64,000 nucleotides of DNA. It comes from an uncultured Planctomycetaceae bacterium. Its GTDB lineage: Bacteria; Planctomycetota; Planctomycetia; Planctomycetales; Planctomycetaceae. The notes beneath the pieces were generated by a model, which did no database searches, was not told the DNA's origin, and was given only the letters and a program-made list of their open reading frames with translations. Both the position numbers and the translations under genes were made by a program. Of the stretch, positions 52,778 to 62,397 are shown one piece after another. The stretch spans positions 608,001 through 672,000 of the forward strand of contig CAWFGE010000013.1 of NCBI GenBank assembly GCA_963815195.1. The letters are read 5' to 3'. Within the stretch, counting starts at the first letter, position 1. Every line of letters starts with the position of its first letter.

Positions 52778-53232
52778 ATAAGCGTCGGAGCCCGCACCTA
52801 AACTCTTGACCGAGGAGGTGGGACATGCCGGATTCTAGCAAACTCCGGCCAGCGAAGCCAACCCAAGATGACCCGCTTTTTCCCCATCGCTCCGGCCAAT
52901 GGTGCCGGAAAATCAAGGGGCGTTTCTATTGCTTCGGCATTTGGTGAACCGATCCCGATGGCGTCGAGGCCAGGGCCCGCTACGAATGGGAAGCCCCCTC
53001 TCTGCTCAAAGGCCAAACCCGCCGCCGATGGTCGAGGACGAATGCACGGTCGAAAGGCTTTGCAACCGAGAGCTGTCGGCACATAACCTGGCTGCGTTTC
53101 TTGGCTTTTCTTGCCATCGTCGTTTCCGTCCTGCTCTACGCCATATCGCCGACATTGACCCGCCGTCCGGCGCGCTTGATACTAAAACTGCGTTTTCGAT
53201 TTGCCGAAATCACCCCATTGGGAGGCCAGCCC

Positions 53233-54624
53233 ATGTTCGTCTCGCGACATTCTCCGTTGAAAGGATTCCCCGTCCATTTACTACACAAATTTGCCACATT
53301 CATTCTTGTCCTCGGACCAGCAATTTTGTCAATCGGCCTTTGTAAAACGGGGCTATCGTCGGAAACAAAGCGTGTGCCTAATATCGTGCTGATACTTGCG
53401 GACGACATGGGCTATGCGGACGCGAGCAGCTACGGGAACGACCGCTATCAGACGCCGAACGTCGACCGACTGGCGCGCGAGGGGCTCCGGCTGTTGGATT
53501 ATCATTCGAGCGGCGTCGTGTGCAGTCCCACGCGGGCGGGACTCGTCACCGGGCGCTATCAGCAGCGGGCCGGCGTGCCCGTCGTGATCTCGGCGGCGAA
53601 TCATCGCGACGAAGGATTGGACCCCAGGGAAGTCACCTTCGCCGAACGCTTGAAAGCCGTCGGCTACCACACCGCCGTGATGGGGAAATGGCATCTGGGG
53701 TATCAAGTCAAATTCAACCCGCTCAGGCATGGGTTCGAGCAATTCCGCGGCTACGTCAGCGGGAACGTCGATTATTTTTCGCACATCGATCAAACCGGCG
53801 TCGACGACTGGTGGAACGGCGAGGAACTTGAGAAGGAAGGCGGCTATTCCACGTATCTCATCACCCGGCACGCGGTGAAGTTTATCCGCGAGCATCAGAA
53901 GGAGCCGTTCTGCCTGTATGTGGCGCACGAAGCGCCGCATTATCCCTATCAAGGGCCGCACGACAAACCCGTCCGCACCGTGGGCGGCAAATTCGACAAC
54001 CGGGGCAACCGCAAGGACGAAGCGACTGCGTATGCGGAGATGATGCGGGCGATGGACGCCGGCGTGGGCGAGATTCTGGAGACGCTCAAAGACTGCGGCT
54101 TGGAGAAAGACACGTTTGTGTTTTTCAGCTCAGACAACGGCGGGACGACCCTCGGGAACAACGGAAAACTTCGCGGGCACAAAGGCCAGATGTGGGAAGG
54201 CGGGCACCGCGTGCCGGGCATCGCCTGGTGGCCGGGCAAAATCTCGCCCGGCACGAGCGACGAAACCATCATCTCCCTGGATGTGATGCCCACGCTATTG
54301 GCGATCGCCGGGGCGTCGGTTCCCGAAGGGCATCACCTCGACGGCGTCAATCTTTTGCCGCATTTCCTGGAAGGAAAACCCTTGCCCGAGCGGACGCTGT
54401 TTTGGGAAATGTCCGGGCGGTCGGCGGTTCGCCGGGGCGATTGGAAACTCGTCGTCAATCAAGGCCCGAAAAGAGGCAAGACCAATTCCACGGCGCTTTA
54501 CAATCTCGCCGAGGACGTGGGAGAAGAGCGGGATCTCTCGAAAACCGATCCGCAAATGACCGAAGCGCTCAGGGAGGCTCTCAGGAGTTGGCGGAAAGAC
54601 GTCGAGACGAATCGAGTTCGCTGA
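53233..54624 (+). CDS. Sulfatase (S1 family, arylsulfatase-like)
   Basis: RBS ggagg at 53221; PNIVLILADDMG, CSPTR, GKWHLG, SSDNGG, EGGHRVP; exact start uncertain. Confidence 0.92.
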   Translation: MFVSRHSPLKGFPVHLLHKFATFILVLGPAILSIGLCKTGLSSETKRVPNIVLILADDMGYADASSYGNDRYQTPNVDRLAREGLRLLDYHSSGVVCSPTRAGLVTGRYQQRAGVPVVISAANHRDEGLDPREVTFAERLKAVGYHTAVMGKWHLGYQVKFNPLRHGFEQFRGYVSGNVDYFSHIDQTGVDDWWNGEELEKEGGYSTYLITRHAVKFIREHQKEPFCLYVAHEAPHYPYQGPHDKPVRTVGGKFDNRGNRKDEATAYAEMMRAMDAGVGEILETLKDCGLEKDTFVFFSSDNGGTTLGNNGKLRGHKGQMWEGGHRVPGIAWWPGKISPGTSDETIISLDVMPTLLAIAGASVPEGHHLDGVNLLPHFLEGKPLPERTLFWEMSGRSAVRRGDWKLVVNQGPKRGKTNSTALYNLAEDVGEERDLSKTDPQMTEALREALRSWRKDVETNRVR

Positions 54625-54627
54625 AGG

Positions 54628-55128
54628 CTACCGGTTGAAATTCGAGCGCTCGCACTTGAGGCCGGTGGTTTTTTCGAACTGGGCGACGGTTTCGTTGAGC
54701 GTGTCCTGGCAGTTCCCCTGCCAGGCGAGCACGCGTTTTTCGGTCCGGGTGAGGAGCCACAACCGGAACCGCCCGCCCATCCACGGGAACAGCCAGTCGA
54801 ACACCCAGAACGTAAACAGCGTGCCCACCCCGATGATAAACACCCACAACACGCCGACCGGTTCTTCGATGTCCACGCCCAGCGACTCGATCCGCTTCAG
54901 CCGGTATTTCTGGACTTTGAGGGGCACGAAGCCGACGACGAACTGTTGCTCGAAGCGGTCCTCCCGGAGCCAGCCGATGCGGTAACTGCCGATCATCAGC
55001 GTCCAAAAGATCAACGCAAAGGCTTTCGCTCCCCAGCCAACGCTCGAAAGGAACAACGGCAGCATAAACACCGCCAGAATCCCGGCGCACAGGCCCACGC
55101 GCGGATGGGGCTTGAGTTGGTAATCCAT
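54628..55128 (-). CDS. Hypothetical membrane protein
   Basis: ATG at 55128 (MDYQLKPHPR); several hydrophobic segments; codon usage like neighbouring genes. Confidence 0.65.
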   Translation of the reverse strand: MDYQLKPHPRVGLCAGILAVFMLPLFLSSVGWGAKAFALIFWTLMIGSYRIGWLREDRFEQQFVVGFVPLKVQKYRLKRIESLGVDIEEPVGVLWVFIIGVGTLFTFWVFDWLFPWMGGRFRLWLLTRTEKRVLAWQGNCQDTLNETVAQFEKTTGLKCERSNFNR

Positions 55129-55202
55129 ATCGTGTGAACGCAGCGGCGGCGGCGTTGGATCACACGTGGATTCACTTTTTTTCGATCTTCCGGGAATCAT
55201 CG

Positions 55203-55533
55203 TCAAAGGGCGTTGAGCAGGGCCAGGATGAACCAAATCGCAGGCAAGAATAACAAGGTCGTCATCAACGATGCGGCGGCCCATTTGAGTTGGAACGTTA
55301 GCATGTTTGAAAACGCCCAATCGACACCGATGAATACAACACGTGTGACCGTGGGATCCGAAGACGGGATCCACATGCTCCGATCAGGGTTCCGCTTCCG
55401 GTTCGCCCGCTTCAAGGAAAAGCACATCGATGCCTTTGGCTTTGAGTTGCCGGCGAACCGCTTCTTCGTTCTCTCCGCTCTCGTAGCCGTCAACAGGCTT
55501 TCCGTTTCGATGGCCTTGAAAGTAGAAGTTCAT
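55203..55533 (-). CDS. Small hypothetical membrane protein; frameshift near 55385
   Basis: MNFYFQGHRNGKPVDGYESGENEEAVRRQLKAKGI from ATG 55533 joins RVVFIGVDWAFSNMLTFQLKWAAAS...LNAL in ORF 55203-55493. Confidence 0.5.
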
Positions 55534-55644
55534 TGGCGGTTTTTTACTCCGTCCTATTGACAATTCAATTTTCGCCCCGTCAGAGTATAGGCTCTGTCCG
55601 GTGTGTTTCTCAATAGCAACGAGACGCCTGCAGCAAAAGGATTT

Positions 55645-55926
55645 AGGGCCGAAGGCCCGGCGCTATGTCAGCCCAGGCCAAGCGCAGCGCCGGCCTGGGT
55701 TACGGATGATGAACCAAACAAAAGCCCCAACGGGGCGGCCCGATAAACCAATCCGTGGCGAGGGTCCTCATCCACGTTGCGTTCTCCGCCAAGTCTCGCG
55801 AAGCATGGCTGAAGGATTGCGAATCGGGATTCCATTAGGGCCGCCCCGCTGGGGCTTTTTCGTTTTGCTCGTTCCCGTTCCCCAGGACTGTGTCCTGGGC
55901 TGACATAGAGCCGGACCTTCGGTCCT
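55645..55926. repeat. Family E nested palindromic element (REPIN/MITE-like)
   Basis: agggccgaaggcccggcgctatgtcagcccagg ... cctgggctgacatagagccggaccttcggtcct; inner pair aaagccccaacggggcggccc / gggccgccccgctggggcttt. Confidence 0.82.
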
Positions 55927-56067
55927 TTTTCCGTCATATGGAATCGTGCAAATCCCGCATGCTGATTTAGTCAACTTACCGCAACATGGGGAGCGGTTGG
56001 CGACATTGAGGAATATGTGAGGGTGCAATGACCCTAAACATCGCATCGGCACTCCGCTCGGCCCCGT

Positions 56068-56583
56068 TTACTTCCGCGCATTCTTGGCGAGCAGCGGGGC
56101 GATAATTTGCGGGGGGACGAAGTCTTTGAGCAGGCGGCCGCCGTCTTCGCCGCCCATCTGGGCGATTTGCTTGATGAGCGTGCTGGAGATGTGGGTGTAT
56201 TTTTCGCTGGACATCAGGAACACGGTTTCCAGGTCCGGGGCGAGCACGTGGTTGGCCAGGGACATCGTGAATTCGGATTCGATGTCGGTCAGCGTCCGCA
56301 TGCCTCGGAGCATGACCTTCGCCCCGCACTCGTGGACGAACCGCACGGCCAGCCCGGTGAATGTCGTGACCTCGATGTTGTTGTGATCCGAAAACACCTC
56401 CCGCATCAGTTCCATGCGTTCCTCGGGGCTGAACAGCGGGGTCTTTTCGGGATTGATCCCGATGCCCACGGTCAGCTTGCTGAAAATGCTCGCGCCCCGA
56501 TGGATGATGTCCACATGCCCCAGCGTGACCGGATCGAAGCTTCCCACATAGACGGCATGTTTGGGATCGAGAAACGCAGCCAT
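56068..56583 (-). CDS. coaD: Pantetheine-phosphate adenylyltransferase
   Basis: AVYVGSFDPVTLGH, NPEKTPLFSPEER, LRGMR, ETVFL, ISSTLIK. Confidence 0.95.
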   Translation of the reverse strand: MAAFLDPKHAVYVGSFDPVTLGHVDIIHRGASIFSKLTVGIGINPEKTPLFSPEERMELMREVFSDHNNIEVTTFTGLAVRFVHECGAKVMLRGMRTLTDIESEFTMSLANHVLAPDLETVFLMSSEKYTHISSTLIKQIAQMGGEDGGRLLKDFVPPQIIAPLLAKNARK

Positions 56584-56629
56584 GAAACGCTCGCCGAGTT
56601 GAAATCGAGTATCGCGAAGAGACACTTTG

Positions 56630-56691
56630 CTGCCAGTTTGACAGAACCAATCCAGACCGACAAGTCTGCGGGGCGGCTGTCAAAGTGACAG
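56630..56691. promoter_or_regulatory. Two palindromic operator-like sites CTGYCA-N3-TGACAG (candidate enhancer-binding protein sites)
   Basis: ctgccagtttgacag (56630-56644) and the perfect palindrome ctgtcaaagtgacag (56677-56691). Confidence 0.5.
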
Positions 56692-56812
56692 ACCGCGGGA
56701 GAATCCCTATTCCAATAGCGTTGGAGGTTTGTTTACTCAAGTTATTACCGTTAAATAGCTTATGATGATTTCCGTCTCATCCGCCTCCGGTGAATCCGCG
56801 ATATTCAAGTCG

Positions 56813-56828
56813 CGGCATGCGGTTTGCA
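56813..56828 (+). promoter_or_regulatory. Putative sigma54 (-24/-12) promoter of the Hsp20 cluster
   Basis: cGGcatgcggtttGCa fits TGGCACG-N4-TTGC with exact GG-N10-GC spacing. Confidence 0.6.
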
Positions 56829-56896
56829 CTACCATTCTTGGTACACACATATCCTACTGTTTTCGCCGGAGTGATTCTGAGGGAGAAACGCTTCCC

Positions 56897-57343
56897 ATGC
56901 CGATTTTTCGTTGGGGACATTCTTGGAATACATTTCGCGATCTGGAGCGCGAGGTGGATCGCTTGCTCCAGGGCGTGACGCTCGCGTTTCCGGGCGTCAG
57001 GTTGGGACAGCCTTACCCGGCGATGAATTTGTACGAATGCGAGCGGGAGTTCTTGCTGACGGCCGAACTGCCCGGCATCCGCTCCGAGGATCTCGAATTG
57101 ACGATCGCCGGCGGCATGCTGACAATTAAGGGGACGCGCAACGATTCCCCCGAAATTCCCGAAGAGCGGTTCCGCCGTAGCGAACGGTTCCGCGGATCCT
57201 GGCAGCGGACGATCGCGATTCCCGACCGCATCAAAGACGAGGAACTCTCGGCGGAATTCAACAACGGGATCTTAAAAATCCATCTGCCCAAGGCCGAGGA
57301 ACTCAGGCCCCGGCAAATTCCCGTCGTGGAGGGGAACGAATAA
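56897..57343 (+). CDS. Hsp20/alpha-crystallin small heat-shock protein
   Basis: YPAMNLYE, AELPGI, ERFRGSWQR, FNNGILKIHLPK, RQIPV. Confidence 0.92.
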   Translation: MPIFRWGHSWNTFRDLEREVDRLLQGVTLAFPGVRLGQPYPAMNLYECEREFLLTAELPGIRSEDLELTIAGGMLTIKGTRNDSPEIPEERFRRSERFRGSWQRTIAIPDRIKDEELSAEFNNGILKIHLPKAEELRPRQIPVVEGNE

Positions 57344-57813
57344 TGGAGCAGGAAACCAACACCAACCCTTCGATGAACGAACCAGAACCGGCGGCCGAAC
57401 CCGGCGAAGAGCAAGGCCAACTCGTGCCGCAGACCTCGGCGGAGGAGGATTCGATCTATTCGCGGGCCGAAGCCTCGAAGCGGATGCTGTTCAAGCCGCC
57501 GATCGACATTTACGAAACCGACGAGGGCCTCGTGCTTTTGGCGGATTTGCCCGGCGTGTCGGTGGACACCTTGGAGCTTCAAGTCCAAAACAATAAGCTC
57601 ACCCTGTTCGGCCGCGTGAAATTGCCCGTGGGAGAGGATGCGGAACTCCGGCACGGCGAGTATCATGAAGGGGATTACCTCAGGTCGTTCATCCTCAGCG
57701 AAGAAGTCGATTACGACCGCATCAAAGCCACGCTCAACAACGGCGTGCTCAAGGTGGACCTGCCCAAAGCCCAAAAAGCGGAGCCCCGCCGGATTCAAGT
57801 GCAGACGGATTGA
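57343..57813 (+). CDS. Hsp20/alpha-crystallin small heat-shock protein
   Basis: PPIDIYE, ADLPGV, YLRSFIL, LNNGVLKVDLPK, RRIQV; TAATG overlap with the previous gene. Confidence 0.92.
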   Translation: MEQETNTNPSMNEPEPAAEPGEEQGQLVPQTSAEEDSIYSRAEASKRMLFKPPIDIYETDEGLVLLADLPGVSVDTLELQVQNNKLTLFGRVKLPVGEDAELRHGEYHEGDYLRSFILSEEVDYDRIKATLNNGVLKVDLPKAQKAEPRRIQVQTD

Positions 57814-57957
57814 CGTGCGAAAGGCAGATTAAGATTAACTCAAGCGGTAAGCGGTTGGGTGGCCGGGGCGCAGATTCCTTTATGAATAAAGTGAGGCAAG
57901 CGAATTGCTGGGGCGATGAATGCATTTCTTTGCCCCCTAACCGCCTTATAGTTTGAG

Positions 57958-57988
57958 GATTAAGATTACGATTAAGATTAAGATTAAG
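57958..57988. repeat. Short AT-rich tandem repeat (gattaa)n
   Basis: gattaagattacgattaagattaagattaag; two more units at 57827-57838. Confidence 0.6.
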
Positions 57989-58049
57989 AAACTTAGAAGA
58001 TGGGCGAATTTAACCCGTATCCGTTCCGCGAGATGAGGAGAGAGTAACC

Positions 58050-58553
58050 ATGACCGACAGCGAAACCCGCGGCGAAGGGCCTTTGACTTCTTCGCTCGAA
58101 CGGATGCGGCAGGAACTCGACCGCTGGATTGAATCCGCCCGCTCCCAAGGCAACCGGGCACTCGATGCCTTCAACTTTCGGGGCGAGCACAAAGTCCTGC
58201 CCCGGCTCGATCTCATCGAAACCGACGATGACATCCGCGTGGTCGTCGATTTGCCCGGCATCGATCCGCACCTGATCAGCGTCTCCATCATTGGGAACAT
58301 GCTGACCATCAAAGGCCACAAGCCGCCCACGCCGGCCCAGGCCGACCAGACGGTGCATCTCAACGAACGTGCGCAAGGCGAATTTGAACGCTCGGTCCCC
58401 ATGCCCGCGCCCGTCAATCCGGAGGAAATTTCCGCCGAGTCCAAAAACGGCGTGTTGACGGTGCGGCTGATGAAGTCCGAACGCGCCAAATCCCGCCAGA
58501 TTCAAGTGAAATCCACCGACGCGAGCGAAGGCGGCGGATCCCCTGCAACGTAG
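58050..58553 (+). CDS. Hsp20/alpha-crystallin small heat-shock protein
   Basis: PRLDLIE, VDLPGID, ERAQGEFERS, KNGVLTVRL, RQIQV. Confidence 0.9.
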   Translation: MTDSETRGEGPLTSSLERMRQELDRWIESARSQGNRALDAFNFRGEHKVLPRLDLIETDDDIRVVVDLPGIDPHLISVSIIGNMLTIKGHKPPTPAQADQTVHLNERAQGEFERSVPMPAPVNPEEISAESKNGVLTVRLMKSERAKSRQIQVKSTDASEGGGSPAT

Positions 58554-58607
58554 CGGCGGCATCTTTCCGCCGTGAAACGGCTCGGCGGCTGGAAGTCGTC
58601 GCTAGCG
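58549..58607. repeat. Family C REP-like doublet
   Basis: cgtagcggcggcatctttccgccg...cggcggctggaagtcgtcgctagc. Confidence 0.7.
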
Positions 58608-58675
58608 TCCCGGACAAAAATCCTCCGGCGAGCCTCGGACTCGATCCCTTCCCTCAACCGCCGGGAGAGACCAAC

Positions 58676-60193
58676 ATGCTTGAACACATCCTGGAACGCC
58701 TGGGACTCCGCGAAAACAACAGCGGCGTGTTCGCCGGGGAATGGCTGACTCCCGCCGGCGGAGAGATCGAATCCCAGAACCCCGCCACCGGCGAAGTGCT
58801 CGCCCGGATCGAGACCGCTTCGCGGGAAGACTACGAAGAAGTCGTCGGCCGGGCGGAGGAATCTTTTCGCACCTGGCGAAACCTGCCCGCGCCGGCTCGC
58901 GGCGAGATTGTCCGCCAAATCGGTCTGGCTCTCCGCGAGCACCAGCGCGAGTTGGGGCTGCTCGTTACCTACGAAGTCGGCAAGATCAAAAGCGAAGGCG
59001 TGGGCGAAGTCCAGGAGATGATCGATATGTGCGACTTCGCCGTCGGCCTCTCCCGGCAGCTCTACGGGCTGACCATCGCCAGCGAACGCGCCAACCACCG
59101 CATGATGGAGCAATGGCATCCGCTCGGCCCGGTGGGGATTATCACGGCGTTCAATTTTCCGGTCGCGGTCTGGGCTTGGAACGCCGCCGTCGCCGCGGTC
59201 TCGGGAGATGTCTGCGTCTGGAAGCCCGCGCCGCAGGCCCCGCTGACGGCGATCGCGGTGCAGCGGATCGTCAACTCCGTCACCACGCACTATAATGTCG
59301 AAGGCGTGTTCAGCCTGTGCATCGGCGAAGAGGCCTCCGCGGGCGAATGGATCGCGGAAGACCCGCGGTTCCCGCTCGTCTCGGCCACGGGCAGTTGCCG
59401 GATGGGCCGGAGCGTCGGCGCGACGGTCGCGGCTCGATTGGGGCGGTCGCTGTTGGAGCTCGGCGGCAACAATGGGGCGATCATCTCCGACAAGGCCGAC
59501 CTCGATCTCGCGCTCCGGGCCGTGGTCTTCGCGGCCGTGGGCACCGCAGGGCAAAGGTGCACTTCGCTTCGCCGATTATTTCTGCACGAGGCGATCGCGG
59601 ATGATTTTCTGACCCGGCTCAAATCCGCGTACGACAGCATCCGCATCGGCGACCCCTGGGATGAGGCGACTCTTATGGGGCCGTTGATCGAAGAACGCGC
59701 GGTCCAAACCATGATGGCCGCTTTGGACGCCGCGCCGGATCAGGGCGGGGAAATCGTCTTCGGCGGCAAGACGATCGACCGCCGGGGCTACTTCGTGGAG
59801 CCGACGATCGTGCGGGCTCAGCCCGAGATGCCACTCCTCCAGGAGGAAACCTTCGCCCCGATTCTGTACGTCATCCCCTACCGCGACCTGCACGAGGCGA
59901 TCGCCTGGCACAACGGCGTCTCGCAGGGGCTGTCGTCGGCGATCTTCTCGAACGACCTCCGCGAAGCCGAGCGGTTCCTCTCGCCCGCCGGCAGCGACTG
60001 CGGGATCGCCAACGTCAACATCGGCACGTCCGGCGCGGAGATCGGCGGAGCCTTCGGCGGCGAAAAAGACACCGGCGGCGGCCGCGAAGCCGGCTCCGAT
60101 TCCTGGAAAGCCTACATGCGCCGCCAAACCTGCACCATCAACTACGGCAGCGAACTCCCTCTTGCCCAGGGCATCAAGTTCGACGTGATCTGA
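58676..60193 (+). CDS. Aldehyde dehydrogenase, ALDH7/piperideine-6-carboxylate dehydrogenase-like
   Basis: ITAFNFPVAVW, LELGGNN, GTAGQRCT, EETFAP, GTSGAEIGGAFGGEK, LPLAQGIKF. Confidence 0.92.
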   Translation: MLEHILERLGLRENNSGVFAGEWLTPAGGEIESQNPATGEVLARIETASREDYEEVVGRAEESFRTWRNLPAPARGEIVRQIGLALREHQRELGLLVTYEVGKIKSEGVGEVQEMIDMCDFAVGLSRQLYGLTIASERANHRMMEQWHPLGPVGIITAFNFPVAVWAWNAAVAAVSGDVCVWKPAPQAPLTAIAVQRIVNSVTTHYNVEGVFSLCIGEEASAGEWIAEDPRFPLVSATGSCRMGRSVGATVAARLGRSLLELGGNNGAIISDKADLDLALRAVVFAAVGTAGQRCTSLRRLFLHEAIADDFLTRLKSAYDSIRIGDPWDEATLMGPLIEERAVQTMMAALDAAPDQGGEIVFGGKTIDRRGYFVEPTIVRAQPEMPLLQEETFAPILYVIPYRDLHEAIAWHNGVSQGLSSAIFSNDLREAERFLSPAGSDCGIANVNIGTSGAEIGGAFGGEKDTGGGREAGSDSWKAYMRRQTCTINYGSELPLAQGIKFDVI

Positions 60194-60204
60194 GGCAACG
60201 GCCC

Positions 60205-60567
60205 ATGAAACTCTCCCTTATCATTGGAAGCGCGTTCCTGCTGATCGGAGCCGTCCTATTCCTGGCCGCCCCCATAATCCCACTCTTCGCTGACATGCCG
60301 CCCTCGACGCCGAAATATCCCATCAGTTCCCTTTACGAGGATTTTCAACCGAACGGCATGGAAGAAGAATCGCACGAATCGTGGCTCATGTTTTCTCCCC
60401 CGCTAATGCTCGATTATCCCATTCTCGAAATAGAAACCCGGAACGTGCTCGTGGGAACGCTTTTGATGGTCTCGGGAGCTTTCATTGCCCGCGGCAAAGC
60501 CGAATTGGCGCCGCGCAGTAGTTCCAAATCTCGTGTGATTGTGGTGCAACCGTCCGGGCTGCATTAA
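60205..60567 (+). CDS. Hypothetical small membrane protein
   Basis: Two hydrophobic segments; co-directional between the ALDH gene and glyQS. Confidence 0.45.
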   Translation: MKLSLIIGSAFLLIGAVLFLAAPIIPLFADMPPSTPKYPISSLYEDFQPNGMEEESHESWLMFSPPLMLDYPILEIETRNVLVGTLLMVSGAFIARGKAELAPRSSSKSRVIVVQPSGLH

Positions 60568-60674
60568 GCAGACGAGAGGCCTTCGGCCAAAAAACACAGA
60601 AGCCAACCAGACGTGCGAGCGTTATAAGACCCTTAAAGTTTGTTAAAAGAAAAGAACCACAAAAGGCAGGCCTC

Positions 60675-62306
60675 ATGGAAAACACGATGGAAAAAATCGT
60701 CAGCCTCTGCAAACGGCGGGGGTTTATTTTTCAGTCGTCCGACATCTACGGCGGCATTCAGGGATTCTGGGATTACGGCCCCTTGGGCACCGAGCTCAAG
60801 CGAAACGTCCGCGAAGCGTGGTACCGCGACATGGTCACGAACCACGATGAACTCGCGGTCCCCACAGGCGCCCCGCAGTCGTTCCAGATGGTCGGTCTCG
60901 AAAGCTCAATCATCATGCACCCGCAGGTCTGGAAATGCTCCGGGCATTACGATTTGTTCCACGACATGAAGGTCGATTGCAAAGCGTGCAAGTCACGGTT
61001 TCGTGCGGATCACATTACAGTCATTGAGCTTCGGGTTGACTCTTTTTCCGCGGACGGACAGAGCTATCTTTTTGCCGGAATCGGAACAGCTGAGGAAGTA
61101 AAACAAATCCACGCCGCAGCTATTAAGAAACTGAGCAAGAATCAAAATGATGTGTCAATCATTGAGTCTGGTGGTTATTTGGACTTAAAGCCAGATGCTC
61201 GCGCAAAAATCGCTTGTCCCGAATGTGGACAGGTCGGTCACTTCACCGAACCTCGCGAATTTAATCTCATGCTCGAATCGAACACGGGAGCCGTTCAAGA
61301 TGATTCCAGCCGCGTCTTTCTCCGGCCGGAGACCGCCCAGGGCATGTTCGTCAATTTCAAGAACGTGTTGGACAGCAGCCGCGTAAAAATTCCCTTCGGC
61401 ATTGCCCAGATCGGCAAGAGCTTCCGCAACGAAATCACGCCGCGAAACTTCACATTTCGCTCCCGCGAGTTCGAGCAGATGGAAATGGAGTTCTTCTGCC
61501 ATCCCAGCGAATCCCGCCAATGGTACGAATACTGGCGGGATCGGCGGTACAACTGGTACGTCAACCTGGGCATCACCAGCGAGAATTTGATCCTCCGCGA
61601 TCACGCGGCGGACGAGCTTTCCCACTATTCGGTCGGCACGGCGGATGTGGAGTATGCGTTTCCATTTTTGAACCCCGGCGAATATGGCGAACTCGAAGGC
61701 ATTGCCCACCGGGGGGATTTCGATCTGAGATCCCATCAGCACGGCAAGCTGATCCGCGATCCCAACACGGGGGAGCTTGTCGTGGAAACCGATGCCGAGG
61801 GCAAACCCAAGTACCGGGGCAGCGGCAAGGATTTGACGTACTTCGACGACCAGACCCGCGAGCGGTTCGCTCCGCACGTCATCGAACCGGCCGCGGGGGC
61901 CGACCGCGCGACCTTGGCGTTTCTCTGCGAAGCGTACGCCGAGGATGAGCAACCGGACCACGAAGGCAAAACGAAGACCCGCGTCGTGATGCGGCTGCAT
62001 CCCAAGCTGGCTCCGGTGAAAGTCGCGGTGTTTCCGCTGCTCAAGAAAGCCGGCATGCCGGAGAAAGCGGCCGAGGCCTATTACGCCCTCCGCGAAGCGG
62101 GCATCGCCTGCCAGTTCGACCAGCAGGGGTCCATCGGCAAACGCTACAGCCGGCAGGATGAAATCGGCACGCCGTTCTGCATCACCATCGACGGCGACAC
62201 GCTGGACGACGGCACCGTGACCATCCGCGACCGCGACACGCTCTCGCAGGACCGCGTGCCCATCGATCGCGTCGTAAACGAAGTGCAACAACGCCTTAAG
62301 GAATGA
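60675..62306 (+). CDS. glyQS: Glycine--tRNA ligase (alpha2 type)
   Basis: LCKRRGF, DYGPLG, LRPETAQG, FRNEITPRNF.FRSREFEQME, PHVIEP, GSIGKRY.RQDEIGTP. Confidence 0.96.
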   Translation: MENTMEKIVSLCKRRGFIFQSSDIYGGIQGFWDYGPLGTELKRNVREAWYRDMVTNHDELAVPTGAPQSFQMVGLESSIIMHPQVWKCSGHYDLFHDMKVDCKACKSRFRADHITVIELRVDSFSADGQSYLFAGIGTAEEVKQIHAAAIKKLSKNQNDVSIIESGGYLDLKPDARAKIACPECGQVGHFTEPREFNLMLESNTGAVQDDSSRVFLRPETAQGMFVNFKNVLDSSRVKIPFGIAQIGKSFRNEITPRNFTFRSREFEQMEMEFFCHPSESRQWYEYWRDRRYNWYVNLGITSENLILRDHAADELSHYSVGTADVEYAFPFLNPGEYGELEGIAHRGDFDLRSHQHGKLIRDPNTGELVVETDAEGKPKYRGSGKDLTYFDDQTRERFAPHVIEPAAGADRATLAFLCEAYAEDEQPDHEGKTKTRVVMRLHPKLAPVKVAVFPLLKKAGMPEKAAEAYYALREAGIACQFDQQGSIGKRYSRQDEIGTPFCITIDGDTLDDGTVTIRDRDTLSQDRVPIDRVVNEVQQRLKE

Positions 62307-62397
62307 TGTTGAGGTTAGAGGATAGCGGATAGAGGTTAGACGAGGGTGATGGTTTCTATCCTCCATCCTCCATCCTACATCATTCGCACATAGAGCC

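Noticed and set aside
52980..53117. Small basic ORF MARKAKKRSQVMC... on the minus strand
   Set aside because: 45 aa with no recognisable motif; only a weak RBS-like context supports it.
62309..62380. Heptamer-like repeats after glyQS (gatagag.../atcctcc)
   Set aside because: Short and degenerate; probably a weak hairpin or low-complexity spacer with no support for a distinct function.
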